In this document: positions 46,162 through 55,550 of the stretch, in pieces | How the letters are laid out: every line of letters begins with the position of its first letter | Position numbering within the stretch: the first letter of the stretch is position 1 | DNA from: Christensenellaceae bacterium | Lineage (GTDB): Bacteria; Bacillota; Clostridia; Christensenellales; Borkfalkiaceae | Assembly (NCBI GenBank): GCA_045534575.1 | Contig: JAZSJZ010000006.1 | Location: 14,374 to 78,373 of the forward strand | Length of the DNA stretch: 64,000 nt | Reading direction: 5' to 3' | Program-made: the position numbers and the translations under genes | Notes under the pieces: model-generated | Told to the model about the DNA's origin: nothing | Seen by the model: the letters and a program-made list of their open reading frames with translations, nothing else | Database searches by the model: none

Positions 46162-46689
46162 ATGAAACGCCTATGCATAAGTTTTGCCGTTATTCTCATA
46201 ATAATTTTAGCATTTAGCCAAATTCCAACAAAACAAGAAAACTCTCAGTATTTGCGAATTCATATTCGTGCTAATTCTAACGCTAGCGTTGACCAACAAA
46301 TAAAACTTGAAATTAGAGATTTGGTTGTCAACTTTCTTGCAAAAGATATTGCTTGCATCCACTCTAAAGAAGATGCAATGAAACTTATTGAGAGTAAGAA
46401 AAGTGCCGTTAACGGGCTTATAGACGGGTTTTTGCAACAAAAAGGTTTTAATTATAGCGCAAACGTTAAGATTTGCAAGGAAGAATTTCCGTCGCGGCAA
46501 TATGAAGACGTTACTTTGAGCGCAGGCTATTATGACGCCGTAATTATTGAGCTTGGAAAGGCTGAGGGCGATAATTGGTGGTGCGTTGTTTTTCCACCGC
46601 TTTGCTGGACAGATACGTCCGTTAAATATAAATCAAAAATCTTAGAAATTATAGACGATTTTTTTAACATTAACAATAAGGAGGAATAA
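46162..46689 (+). CDS. spoIIR: stage II sporulation protein R
   Basis: YLRIHIRANSNASVDQQIKLEIRD and NWWCVVFPPLC hallmarks. Confidence 0.85.
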   Translation: MKRLCISFAVILIIILAFSQIPTKQENSQYLRIHIRANSNASVDQQIKLEIRDLVVNFLAKDIACIHSKEDAMKLIESKKSAVNGLIDGFLQQKGFNYSANVKICKEEFPSRQYEDVTLSAGYYDAVIIELGKAEGDNWWCVVFPPLCWTDTSVKYKSKILEIIDDFFNINNKEE

Positions 46690-47408
46690 TGAAAAAAGCG
46701 TTAAAAATTTTAACTTTATCGCTTGCGTTCGTGGCAGTTGTATCAATTTTTGGCATTATTTCAATAAATAATAGAAAGAGTGATGCCGAAGTTTTCAGTC
46801 AAGACCAAGCGGTTATGATAGCAACTTATCGTCAAGGCTCAACGGGCGCGACGGTAAAAACTATTCAACGAAAACTAAAGAATTGGGGCTACTATACCGG
46901 CTCGGTTGACGGCATTTTCGGTGCGAAAACTACGGCTGCCGTTAAATACTTCCAAAGAAAGAACGGGTTAACTGCTGACGGCATTGTGGGAAGCAAAACG
47001 CTAAAAGCGCTTGGCATTTCAACTTCTGCGTCTTCAACCTCGGGTGGCAGTTACTCTAACAGTGATTTAAACCTTTTAGCAAGAGTTATCAGCGGTGAAG
47101 CGCGTGGCGAAAACTATACAGGCAAGGTTGCCGTTGGCGCTGTTGTTTTAAACAGAGTTAAAAGTTCATCGTTCCCAAACACAATTTCAGGCGTTATTTA
47201 TCAGCCGTATGCTTTCACAGCGGTAGCAGACGGGCAAATAAACGTTGCGCCAGATAACGCGTGCTATGAAGCGGCAAAGGCTGCGCTTAACGGTTGGGAC
47301 CCAACGGGTGGCGCAATTTATTATTACAATCCAAAAACAGCAACTAGCTCTTGGATTTTCTCAAGAACTACGGTTGCCGTAATCGGTAATCACGTTTTTG
47401 CAATTTAA
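46689..47408 (+). CDS. sleB: spore cortex-lytic enzyme (PG-binding domain plus SleB/CwlJ hydrolase domain)
   Basis: GSTGATVKTIQRKLKNWGYYTGSVDGIFG PG_binding_1; ISGEARGE...GAVVLNRV...VIYQPYAFTAV hydrolase_2. Confidence 0.85.
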   Translation: MKKALKILTLSLAFVAVVSIFGIISINNRKSDAEVFSQDQAVMIATYRQGSTGATVKTIQRKLKNWGYYTGSVDGIFGAKTTAAVKYFQRKNGLTADGIVGSKTLKALGISTSASSTSGGSYSNSDLNLLARVISGEARGENYTGKVAVGAVVLNRVKSSSFPNTISGVIYQPYAFTAVADGQINVAPDNACYEAAKAALNGWDPTGGAIYYYNPKTATSSWIFSRTTVAVIGNHVFAI

Positions 47409-47420
47409 TGAGGAGGGAAG

Positions 47421-49274
47421 ATGGAAAACAAAAAGAATAATGCAACTGAAAAGGTTGAAAATATAACGAACGAAACTTCCAACGAAAAAAGCGAGCAAAA
47501 AGCGCAAAATTCAAAAACGGCGCAAAAAAACGCCGAGAAAAAGGCTGAAAATCAAAGAACTAAAAATGCCGTTCAAAAAAAGAACGACAAGAAGGCTAAA
47601 AAATCAGCAAAGACCGAAAAACAGTCGGCTCGTGAAAAGAAGAAAGAGTTAAGAAAAGAACTTAATAAGAAAAAACGCGAAGAGTGGAAAAGAGAGCGTT
47701 TGAGAAGAAAAGAAGAACGCCTTGCTCGCCGTGATATGTTGAAAAAAGAAAGTAAAAAAGATAGAGAAAAACGCCTTCAAGCCGAGAAACAAGCAAAACT
47801 TAAGGAAAGGCTTGCAAAACGAGAAGAAAAAATTAAAAGACTTGAAGAAAAAAATGCGCTCCGTCGCCAAAAACTTGCCGATAGAAGGATGCTCCGTGAA
47901 CAAAAAATGCGAGAAAAAAACGAGCAAAAAAGAGAGCGTTCAAGAAAGGGTCTTGGCGGTTGGATAACAGCAGTTTCCATCCTTGGCGCAACGACTTTAG
48001 CCTTAGCCACACTTTTCACGCTATCGCTAACAACGCCACTTGGCTCTAGCGATGACGTTAGTATGGTTGGCGGGGTGGACGAGGCTTTCTACGAATTTGT
48101 TGATATGGTTAACGATATGGACGTGAACCTATCAAAACTCGTTGTTTCAACCGATGAAAAATCGCAACAAAAAATCTTAAGCGACCTTGTTGTTTCGTCA
48201 ACTTTAGCGGAGGTTGCAGTGTCTAGATTACCGCTAAAAGACGAGAGTAGATATTACACTATGAAATACGTTAACCAAGTTGGCGATTTCTCAAAATACC
48301 TCAATAACAAGCTTATAGACGGGGATAACCTTAATAAGGACGACAAAGAAAACCTATCTAGCCTTTATAAAATTACCAACACTTTAAAGAACGAAATAAA
48401 TCTTGCGGTTGATAGCATGGGTGAAGATTTCAACTTTGCAACTATGCTTGATGAAAATAGCGATAACGTTGTTTTAAAGGCGTTTAACAACCTAGAATCT
48501 AACGCGATTGACTACCCAACTTTAATCTATGACGGTCCTTTTAGCGACGGGCTTCAAACTAAAGAAGTTAAGAATTTAAAGGGCGAGGAAATTAATCTCG
48601 TTGAGGCTAGAGCCATTTTCGAAAAGGCTTTTCAAGACTATAACGTGAAGGAAATTGAAGAACTTGGCGAATTAAACTCTAGAATTAACACCTATAATTT
48701 TGAAGCAAAGTCAAACGATACAATTCTTTTTGCCGAAATTTCTAAAAAGGGCGGAAAGGTTATCAGTTTTAACACCTTTGCCGACTGCTATAATAAGAAT
48801 TATTCTTTAGAAGATTGCATTGAAATCGGTTACGATATGATCGAAAGTTTAGGCGTTAGTGGTATGACTGCCGTTTGGGCTACCGAAAGCGGTGCTACGG
48901 CTTATATTAACTACGCTTACGAAACTAAAGACGCTATCTGCTACCCTGATATGATTAAGGTCGCAGTATGTATGGAAAGGGGCGTTGTTTCTAACTTTGA
49001 CGCTAGAGAATACTATTTCAACCATCAAGAAAGAAAAATTGAAGCGCCAACCTTAACAAAAGAGCAAGCCGTTGCAAAAATCAATAAAGATATTCAAGTT
49101 GATACGGTAAGGCTTGCAATCGTTCCAAAGGGCACTGAAAAGGAAGTTTTAACTTATGAAATTGCTGGCGTTTATGAAGATAATCAATATTTCGTTTACG
49201 TTGACGCAAAAACAGGCAGAGAAGTTAACATCTTTAAAGTGGTAGAAAACACCGAAGGAAAACTCATAGTTTAA
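47421..49274 (+). CDS. ypeB: germination protein YpeB with a long K/E/R-rich N-terminal extension
   Basis: TM at about aa 180, YpeB body and C-terminal PepSY-like repeats (VLTYEIAGVYEDNQYFVYVDAKTGREVNI); directly follows sleB. Confidence 0.75.
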   Translation: MENKKNNATEKVENITNETSNEKSEQKAQNSKTAQKNAEKKAENQRTKNAVQKKNDKKAKKSAKTEKQSAREKKKELRKELNKKKREEWKRERLRRKEERLARRDMLKKESKKDREKRLQAEKQAKLKERLAKREEKIKRLEEKNALRRQKLADRRMLREQKMREKNEQKRERSRKGLGGWITAVSILGATTLALATLFTLSLTTPLGSSDDVSMVGGVDEAFYEFVDMVNDMDVNLSKLVVSTDEKSQQKILSDLVVSSTLAEVAVSRLPLKDESRYYTMKYVNQVGDFSKYLNNKLIDGDNLNKDDKENLSSLYKITNTLKNEINLAVDSMGEDFNFATMLDENSDNVVLKAFNNLESNAIDYPTLIYDGPFSDGLQTKEVKNLKGEEINLVEARAIFEKAFQDYNVKEIEELGELNSRINTYNFEAKSNDTILFAEISKKGGKVISFNTFADCYNKNYSLEDCIEIGYDMIESLGVSGMTAVWATESGATAYINYAYETKDAICYPDMIKVAVCMERGVVSNFDAREYYFNHQERKIEAPTLTKEQAVAKINKDIQVDTVRLAIVPKGTEKEVLTYEIAGVYEDNQYFVYVDAKTGREVNIFKVVENTEGKLIV

Positions 49275-49292
49275 AACTTTTAAAAAACAAAA

Positions 49293-49324
49293 CTCCCCGA
49301 TAATCGACTTATAGGGGAGTTTTT
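49293..49324. terminator. bidirectional terminator between ypeB and the convergent lipoprotein gene, built around repeat copy i
   Basis: CTCCCC-GATAATCGACTTATA-GGGGAG plus TTTTT; A-run on the other side. Confidence 0.75.
49298..49315 (+). repeat. intergenic repeat copy i (CGATAATCGACTTATAGG)
   Basis: Subtype-2 core forming the apical part of the 49293-49319 hairpin. Confidence 0.85.
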
Positions 49325-49335
49325 GTTTTATTAGT

Positions 49336-50781
49336 TTAAAATTTTGCGCCAACATTAGCATAGGATTGGTTTAGTTTTAAAAAGTTAGATAGGTTGATTG
49401 TTCCATCTAAATTTCTAAGTTGCGAATCTATTTTTAAATAGTCAAAGTCAAAGTCAGTTGATATAAACGGGTTATCAATTTTTATGCTTTCGCCACGTTC
49501 ACTAGATATGCCTGAATTAACGGTATTGTTTTTGTTAATAAAATTTGTTTCGCCATTTAAGGCTTGTAGAAAGTAGCAATTTTCCGCAGTGCCAACGTAA
49601 GTATCTGCGTTAGTCGTTTGTAAATTAGAATATGAAACGTTGTTTTTAAACACGTTATGCGATTTATTAATTCCGTAAATTGGTCCGTAGGTTACGCCAT
49701 TTTCTTCCCAAACTGAGCTATACGTTGCATTATCTTTGGTAAATCTTCCCGTTGCAAAATTTCTTTTGCCGTTGTTATATGCAGTGCAGTTGGTTAAGGT
49801 TATTGTGCCCGGGTTAGAATTATCATCAAACCCATTTGCCATATTTTGAAAGGCAATGCAGTTTTCAACGGTGTGGTCAACTTCTAATGCTCTACCGCCA
49901 AGTTTATATCCGTTGCCATCTCCAATTTGGTTTGTTGATATAACGCCATTTTCATCAATAGATAATCCGTTTTTAAAGGCGATGCAGTTTTTTAAACTAA
50001 CTGAACCAATAACGCCTGACTCACGCTTGGTAAATAAATCCCAACCATCATCACTATTGCAGTATGATATGCAACCATCGAAGCTGTTTCCGTAACCGAC
50101 AAAAATCTTGCAAGCAAAGCCATCGGCATCGTCACCTACAACGTCAATATTCCCAAACGACGTGCAGTTTAAAATTTTGTTATTATCTGGCCAATTTTCA
50201 ATAGTGTTTTTTGAACTTCCGCTAATCTGCACTCCAGAGTCGCCATTAAAGCAAGCAATGCATCTTTCAACAATATTATTGTTGCCACTAATTCTAATTC
50301 CGTTATCTAAAGAATTTTTAAAAATTATGCCATACACATACCAAAAATCGCCAGCTATGTTCATTCCGTTGTTTTGTTTTTGAAAGTCAAATGTTGCAAA
50401 ACCATCGTAACAAACTAGATTAATTTTATCATTCTCAGTTCCTTTTTGGGTAACTTTAATTTCGTTTGCAATTTTATATTCACCGCTTTTTAAAACAATA
50501 GTAGATTTGTTTTTGGCTATAAAATTGTTTAATGCAAAGCTAAGGTTAGTAGGGTTTTGTTTTGAGCCATCACCTATGCCGTTTGGCGAAACGAAGATGG
50601 CAGAATTTTCATCAATTTCGTTTACGCTTGTGCTGTTTTGCGATTGAGTTGAACTGCTACTATCAGCTTGGCTTGTGCTATTATTTTCAGCGGAACTTGA
50701 GCTGTTTTCTGTATTGGTTTTTGCGCAACTGCAACAAAAAATAAGAACAAAAGATACTGCTAAAAGTAAAAATTTTTTCAT
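49336..50781 (-). CDS. lipoprotein, right-handed parallel beta-helix (pectate-lyase-fold) protein
   Basis: Signal/lipobox, Ser/Asn-rich linker, FVSPNGIGDGSKQNPTNL start of the beta-helix domain, repeated N..G/NG.R turns. Confidence 0.65.
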   Translation of the reverse strand: MKKFLLLAVSFVLIFCCSCAKTNTENSSSSAENNSTSQADSSSSTQSQNSTSVNEIDENSAIFVSPNGIGDGSKQNPTNLSFALNNFIAKNKSTIVLKSGEYKIANEIKVTQKGTENDKINLVCYDGFATFDFQKQNNGMNIAGDFWYVYGIIFKNSLDNGIRISGNNNIVERCIACFNGDSGVQISGSSKNTIENWPDNNKILNCTSFGNIDVVGDDADGFACKIFVGYGNSFDGCISYCNSDDGWDLFTKRESGVIGSVSLKNCIAFKNGLSIDENGVISTNQIGDGNGYKLGGRALEVDHTVENCIAFQNMANGFDDNSNPGTITLTNCTAYNNGKRNFATGRFTKDNATYSSVWEENGVTYGPIYGINKSHNVFKNNVSYSNLQTTNADTYVGTAENCYFLQALNGETNFINKNNTVNSGISSERGESIKIDNPFISTDFDFDYLKIDSQLRNLDGTINLSNFLKLNQSYANVGAKF

Positions 50782-50868
50782 CTTTATATATCCCCTTAAA
50801 GGCGTTTGTTCTCGCAGTTTTTGTTTTTACTAGTCTTTGCCAAAATTCGCTAGTTTTAAATTACCTTG

Positions 50869-50886
50869 CCTATAACACCGTTATCG
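50869..50886 (-). repeat. intergenic repeat copy j (reverse complement CGATAACGGTGTTATAGG)
   Basis: 16/18 to subtype-1 core; ATAAC-GGT-GTTAT inner hairpin. Confidence 0.75.
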
Positions 50887-50905
50887 CGTGGTTTTTGTTG
50901 TTTTA

Positions 50906-51526
50906 TTAGTTTTTAATATCTTCAAGTTCTTGAACTTCTTGCGTGCTAGTAGTTGTTTGAGTTTGATTGTTTTCTTGAACTTGTTTTTCGCTATTTTCAA
51001 AAACTTCTTCTTGAAGTTTAACTTTATTATTTTTTTCGCGGTAGCGGAAAATTGCAACGACTAACGATACTAGCGTGAACGCTGACGAAAATGCGCCGGG
51101 GTAAGAGTTTGCTAAAAGGTTATAGCAAATCCAAGGCGGAACAGAAATAATATAAACCTTTCTTAGCGTGTTCTCGTGCGAAATTTTTAGCGCAAACGTT
51201 GCAATAACCGTGCCTATTATTGGTAGAATGGAAAACCATTTATCAAAGGTTAAAATTCCCATTACGGTTGATAAAATTGCAAAGCCGAAAGCCCACGCAT
51301 AGTGCTTAGCCCACTTTTTATCAATGGAATAAATTATTCCTCGAAAAACGTTTAAAGCGTTCATAATAAGCGCGGTGAAAGCGCCTAAGAAAAAGTAGTG
51401 AACGCACCAAAGCGCATTGCCGATATATTGCGCTAAAAGTATGTGCGCGCGCTTTTTAAACTGATAGCAACCGATGGTTAAAATCATCGCAACTATGCCG
51501 ATTGCTTGAATTATAATATCTTCCAT
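50906..51526 (-). CDS. YgjV-family inner membrane protein
   Basis: 206 aa, 5-6 TM, IQAIGIVAMILTIGCYQFKKR...LWCVHYFFLGA resembles YgjV; hydrophilic tail. Confidence 0.6.
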   Translation of the reverse strand: MEDIIIQAIGIVAMILTIGCYQFKKRAHILLAQYIGNALWCVHYFFLGAFTALIMNALNVFRGIIYSIDKKWAKHYAWAFGFAILSTVMGILTFDKWFSILPIIGTVIATFALKISHENTLRKVYIISVPPWICYNLLANSYPGAFSSAFTLVSLVVAIFRYREKNNKVKLQEEVFENSEKQVQENNQTQTTTSTQEVQELEDIKN

Positions 51527-51554
51527 AACAAAAGAAAAAATTTAAAAAGTCGGG

Positions 51555-52538
51555 CTATAGCATCGTTTTCCGTAGTTCTTCGCTAGATAAAGGCGAAATC
51601 TCACTTGGCGCAATATCTAAAACGGTTTTGCAACCAACCTCGCCGTTTTTGCTCTTTTTGAAAACTGCGCGAGCATAAGCAACTAAAACGCTTGCCGTAA
51701 ACTCAGGGTTAGAATCAAGCTTTAACTTATATTCGATAACGTGGTTGTTCTCAAGGGCATTTCCAGTGTTGCCAGAGCGAATAACAACGCCACCGTGAGG
51801 AATTCCCTTGTGGTTTTTATCAAGTTCTTCTTGAGAGATGAAGTTTACCGTTGTGTCGTAATCGGCGAAATATTTAGGCATTGTTTTAATTTTTTGTTCA
51901 ATAGCCTTTTTATCTGCGTTATCTTCCGCCACAACGAAGCAAAGCCTAGTGTGTTTTTCACGAGTGGTAAATTCTTTTTGCTCGCCGGCTCTAACCGATT
52001 CTAAAGCAGACTCAACGGGGCAAGTGTATTGACGGGCGTCAATAACGCCTTCAATTCTTCTTATCGCATCGCTATGCCCTTGACTAACGCCTTTGCCCCA
52101 GAAAGTATAGTCCTTTCCGCAAGGCAGAATTGCCTGAGCGTAAACACGGTTTAAAGAGAACATACCGGGGTCCCATCCGCAAGAAATGAGCGCAACCTTT
52201 TTGCCAAGTTTAGCCATTTCGTCAACTGAAGAGAAGTGGGTAGGAATGTCGGCATGCGTGTCAAAACTATCAACAACGTTAAAATGCTCGGCTAGAGTTT
52301 TGGTCATTGTAGGAAGGTCTGTTGCGCTTCCGCCACAAATAATCAAAACGTCAATATCGTTTTTAAAATTTAAAATATCGCTAGCAGAATAAACCTTTGC
52401 GCCCTCAGTTTGAAGAGATAAGGAACTTGGGTTTCGTCTTGTGAAAACGCCAAAAAGCTTCATATCGGGGTTTTGGGCGATAGATAGTTCAACGCCCTTG
52501 CCTAAATTGCCATAGCCGTAAATTGCAACGCTAATCAT
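51555..52538 (-). CDS. ddh: meso-diaminopimelate D-dehydrogenase
   Basis: ISVAIYGYGNLGKGVE Rossmann start, CGWDPGMFS, WGKGVSQGHSDA motifs typical of Ddh. Confidence 0.88.
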   Translation of the reverse strand: MISVAIYGYGNLGKGVELSIAQNPDMKLFGVFTRRNPSSLSLQTEGAKVYSASDILNFKNDIDVLIICGGSATDLPTMTKTLAEHFNVVDSFDTHADIPTHFSSVDEMAKLGKKVALISCGWDPGMFSLNRVYAQAILPCGKDYTFWGKGVSQGHSDAIRRIEGVIDARQYTCPVESALESVRAGEQKEFTTREKHTRLCFVVAEDNADKKAIEQKIKTMPKYFADYDTTVNFISQEELDKNHKGIPHGGVVIRSGNTGNALENNHVIEYKLKLDSNPEFTASVLVAYARAVFKKSKNGEVGCKTVLDIAPSEISPLSSEELRKTML

Positions 52539-52729
52539 AATAACTCCTAGATAAATTCAATATTGAATTTATAATATAATTTTTAGTAAACTTTGTCAAT
52601 AATTGAAGTGCTCTTTAATGATTTTTGCCTTATTTTGTGCTAATAGATAAAATAAACTCAACTTATTTTATGAAAACCGTTCAAAAAAATTTAAAATTAT
52701 GCTATAATTTAAAAAAGGGGGGCGAAAAT

Positions 52730-53704
52730 ATGAACGAAAACAAAAAACTTGCGCTTATTAGAATTTATCAAACGCTTTTAAAAAAATCTTCAAAAAAAGC
52801 CCCGCTCTCGCAAGAGAAAATTTGCGAAATTTTGCAAAATGACTATGGTTTGCAGGTCGAAAGGCGAGCCGTTTCAAGAAATTTAGAACTGTTAGAGCAA
52901 GTGGGCGTGGAAATTGTTAAAACAAAGCAAGGCGTTTATTTAGACGGCGGAGTTTTATCGTTTGACGATTTAACGATTATTACCGATAGTTTAGTGTCTT
53001 CTAGATACGCTCAAGAAAAAGACGTTTTAGAAATCATTGAAAAACTATCGAATTTAACTAACGCAAAAGCCGTTTTGAACGCTCAAAACGTTGTGAACGT
53101 TGGCAAAGAAACGCCGAGTTTATCTAGCCACGTTTTGTTTAACGTTTCTCAAATAAGTGAGGCTATAGGTCGAAAAACGCAGTTAAAATTTGAATATAAT
53201 AAGTTTGGGGCAGATAAAAAATTGCATAAAACGAGCGAGCAAATCGTATCGCCGAACAAACTTGTCGTGCATAATCACAGATATTATCTTTTAGCCTATC
53301 AAGAACTAAAAAAGCGTGTGTTTTTCTGCCGAGTTGATAAAATGACCTCGGTTGAAATTTTAGAAAAGCCCTCAACCGATTTTAAAACGCTAGAAGGCTT
53401 TGAAAACGGCGTTGACTATAAAGCCGTTTCAACGCAAATGCCGTTTATCTATACCGATATGCCAACAAAGGTTTCGTTTTTGTGCGACGGGTATTTAATC
53501 GACCAAGTTATCGATTGGTTCGGCTTTGAAATAGAGATTGAAAAGGTTAAGGAAAGGTATAAAATAACGGTAGAAATTAGCCCAAGCGCAATGGAATTTT
53601 GGGCAATGCAATATTTATCTAGCGTTGAAATTTTAGAGCCGAAAGACCTTCGTGAAAAAGTAAGAACAAATCTTTTAAATGCAACCCAAAAATATAAAAA
53701 GTAA
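52730..53704 (+). CDS. WYL-domain transcriptional regulator (HTH + WYL)
   Basis: Start at ATG 52730 (G-rich RBS; TGCTATAAT extended -10 at 52700 lies inside the track extension). IVSPNKLVVHNHRYYLLAY WYL-like core. Confidence 0.7.
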   Translation: MNENKKLALIRIYQTLLKKSSKKAPLSQEKICEILQNDYGLQVERRAVSRNLELLEQVGVEIVKTKQGVYLDGGVLSFDDLTIITDSLVSSRYAQEKDVLEIIEKLSNLTNAKAVLNAQNVVNVGKETPSLSSHVLFNVSQISEAIGRKTQLKFEYNKFGADKKLHKTSEQIVSPNKLVVHNHRYYLLAYQELKKRVFFCRVDKMTSVEILEKPSTDFKTLEGFENGVDYKAVSTQMPFIYTDMPTKVSFLCDGYLIDQVIDWFGFEIEIEKVKERYKITVEISPSAMEFWAMQYLSSVEILEPKDLREKVRTNLLNATQKYKK

Positions 53705-53705
53705 G

Positions 53706-53723
53706 GCTATAAGCCCGTTAAAC
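53706..53723 (-). repeat. intergenic repeat copy k (reverse complement GTTTAACGGGCTTATAGC)
   Basis: The conserved tail AAAAAGTAAGG overlaps the last codons and TAA stop of the WYL gene. Confidence 0.75.
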
Positions 53724-53725
53724 AC

Positions 53726-53757
53726 TAAAAAAGCCCTCCGCTGGAGGGCTTTAATTT
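53726..53757. terminator. bidirectional terminator between the WYL regulator and trpB2
   Basis: AGCCCTCC-GCT-GGAGGGCT stem flanked by A6 and a T-rich run. Confidence 0.75.
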
Positions 53758-53761
53758 GTTT

Positions 53762-55126
53762 TTAAAGTTTTGGGAGTTTATCAATGCTAACCTTTAGTTC
53801 CTCGTCGGTTGGCACGTAGTTTTCCATAATGCCGTCGTTAAACTTTTGGTAGGCATACATATCGAAATAGCCCGTTCCCGTCAAACCAAACACGATAGTT
53901 TTTGCTTCGCCTGTTTCTTTGCACTTTAACGCCTCGTCAATGGCAACCTTTATTGCGTGAGAAGATTCAGGCGCTGGCAAAATGCCTTCAACCTTAGCAA
54001 ACGTTTGAGCCGCTTCGAAAACTTCGGTTTGAGTTACCGAGCGCGCTTCCATAAGTTTATCATCGTAAAGTTGAGATAAAACCGAACTCATTCCGTGGTA
54101 TCTTAAACCGCCGGCGTGGTTAGCGGCAGGAATATAGGAACTGCCGAGGGTATACATTTTAGCAAGTGGGCAAACACGACCAGTGTCGCAATAGTCGTAA
54201 GCGTAAACGCCACGGGTAAGGGTTGGGCAAGACGCAGGCTCAACCGCAATCAAGCGGTAATTTTTCTCGCCACGAATCATTTCGCCGGCAAACGGAGAGA
54301 TAAGTCCGCCAAGATTAGAGCCACCGCCCGCGCAACCGATAATAATATCAGGCGTTATGCCGTATTTATCGAGCGCAGTTTTGGTTTCTAAGCCGATAAC
54401 CGTTTGGTGAAGAAGAACTTGGTTTAAAACCGAGCCTAAAACGTAGCGATAGCCGTCTTTAGAGGTAGCACATTCAACCGCTTCCGAAATAGCGCAACCA
54501 AGGCTACCCGTAGTTCCCGGAAACTCAGCGTTAATCTGCCTACCAACTGAAGTTAGCATAGAAGGCGAAGGGGTAACTGAAGCGCCGTAAGTTCTCATAA
54601 CTTCGCGCCTAAACGGTTTTTGCTCGTAAGAACACTTAACCATAAAAACTTCGCAGTTTAGGTCTAAATAAGCGCACGCCATTGAAAGCGCCGTGCCCCA
54701 TTGCCCCGCTCCCGTTTCGGTGGTAACGCCCTTTAAGCCTTGCTTTTTAGCATAGTATGCTTGAGCGATTGCCGAGTTTAACTTGTGGCTACCCGAAGTG
54801 TTGTTGCCCTCGAACTTATAATAAATATGCGCCGGCGTTTGAAGTTTTTGCTCTAAGCAATAAGCCCTAACCAAAGGCGATGGGCGATACATTTTGTAAA
54901 AATCACGAATTTCTTCAGGGATTTCAAAAAATCTAGTAGTATCGTCAAGTTCTTGCTTAGCAAGTTCTTGGCAGAAAACTTTTGAAAGGTCATCTAGCGT
55001 TGCCTCTTTGCCCGTTTGCGGGTTTAAAAGCGGAGCGGGCTTGTTAATCATATCGGCCCTTAGGTTATACCAATATTTTGGCATTTCGCTCTCTTCGAGA
55101 TAAATTTTGTAAGGAACGTCTTTCAT
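53762..55126 (-). CDS. trpB: TrpB2-type tryptophan synthase beta-like PLP enzyme (stand-alone)
   Basis: 454 aa, long TrpB2-type N-terminus (PKYWYNLRADM), PLP lysine GSHKLNSA, GGGSNLGG. No trpA or other trp genes nearby. Confidence 0.88.
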   Translation of the reverse strand: MKDVPYKIYLEESEMPKYWYNLRADMINKPAPLLNPQTGKEATLDDLSKVFCQELAKQELDDTTRFFEIPEEIRDFYKMYRPSPLVRAYCLEQKLQTPAHIYYKFEGNNTSGSHKLNSAIAQAYYAKKQGLKGVTTETGAGQWGTALSMACAYLDLNCEVFMVKCSYEQKPFRREVMRTYGASVTPSPSMLTSVGRQINAEFPGTTGSLGCAISEAVECATSKDGYRYVLGSVLNQVLLHQTVIGLETKTALDKYGITPDIIIGCAGGGSNLGGLISPFAGEMIRGEKNYRLIAVEPASCPTLTRGVYAYDYCDTGRVCPLAKMYTLGSSYIPAANHAGGLRYHGMSSVLSQLYDDKLMEARSVTQTEVFEAAQTFAKVEGILPAPESSHAIKVAIDEALKCKETGEAKTIVFGLTGTGYFDMYAYQKFNDGIMENYVPTDEELKVSIDKLPKL

Positions 55127-55229
55127 AATGTTTCTCCTTATTTCGTTAAACTTCTGGAAAATCAGTTATAGTATGGTTTTTACGTTTTTGGGAAGGCAAA
55201 TTGCGAGGTTTTTCCAATGGAAAACTCAA

Positions 55230-55492
55230 AAAATAAAAAAGCCCAAGAACAAAAGTTCTTGGGACGATATTTACCGTGGTGCCACCCAATTTCTTGCAAA
55301 ACTGCAACTTACTTCATACTAACATATGAATTGCGCTTTAACGGACGCAACCCGTCAATTACTACTTGCTTTCGCTTTCGATTGCCCTCATAAGCCCATT
55401 CGCCATACCGCCCTTATCGTGCTCACACCGCCCACAACTCGCTGAAAAGTTAAAGTAAGGTTACTATCCTTAATCATAGGTTTAATAAATTG
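55230..55492 (-). promoter_or_regulatory. T-box leader, UGG (Trp) specifier
   Basis: On the minus strand: GAUUAAGGAUAGUAA, CAGCGAG, GGCGGUGUGAGC, GAA-UGG-G specifier (UGG = complement of 55396-55398), AGCGAAAGCAAGUAG, T-box GGGUGGCACCACGG (55274-55287), terminator CCCAAGAAC/GTTCTTGGG plus U-run (55231-55263). Confidence 0.88.
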
Positions 55493-55499
55493 TAACATC

Positions 55500-55528
55500 A
55501 TATTATCACTAAAATTAGTGGTTGTCAA
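55500..55528 (-). promoter_or_regulatory. sigma-A-type promoter of the Trp T-box/trpB2 unit
   Basis: Minus strand TTGACA (55523-55528), 17 nt spacer, TAATAT (55500-55505). Confidence 0.55.
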
Positions 55529-55550
55529 TTAAAAAAACGCATAAATTTTT

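Noticed and set aside
47649-48019. Two minus-strand ORFs (92 and 80 aa) in the 5' part of ypeB
   Set aside because: They are antisense to the AAA/GAA-rich charged extension. There is no RBS and the translation is a Phe/Ser-rich artefact.
26428-53704. The idea that DUF2726, barstar and the WYL regulator together form a defence island
   Set aside because: The three genes are tens of kb apart, are separated by housekeeping operons and have no adjacent effector or sensor partners. They are reported individually only.
55386-55400. Possible additional copy of the intergenic repeat (CCCTCATAAGCCCATT resembles CCTATAAGCCCATTATC)
   Set aside because: It lies inside Stem I and the specifier loop of the Trp T-box, where the sequence is constrained (GAA-UGG-G plus helix). 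Only about 11 nt match and the flanks do not, so I treat it as coincidental.
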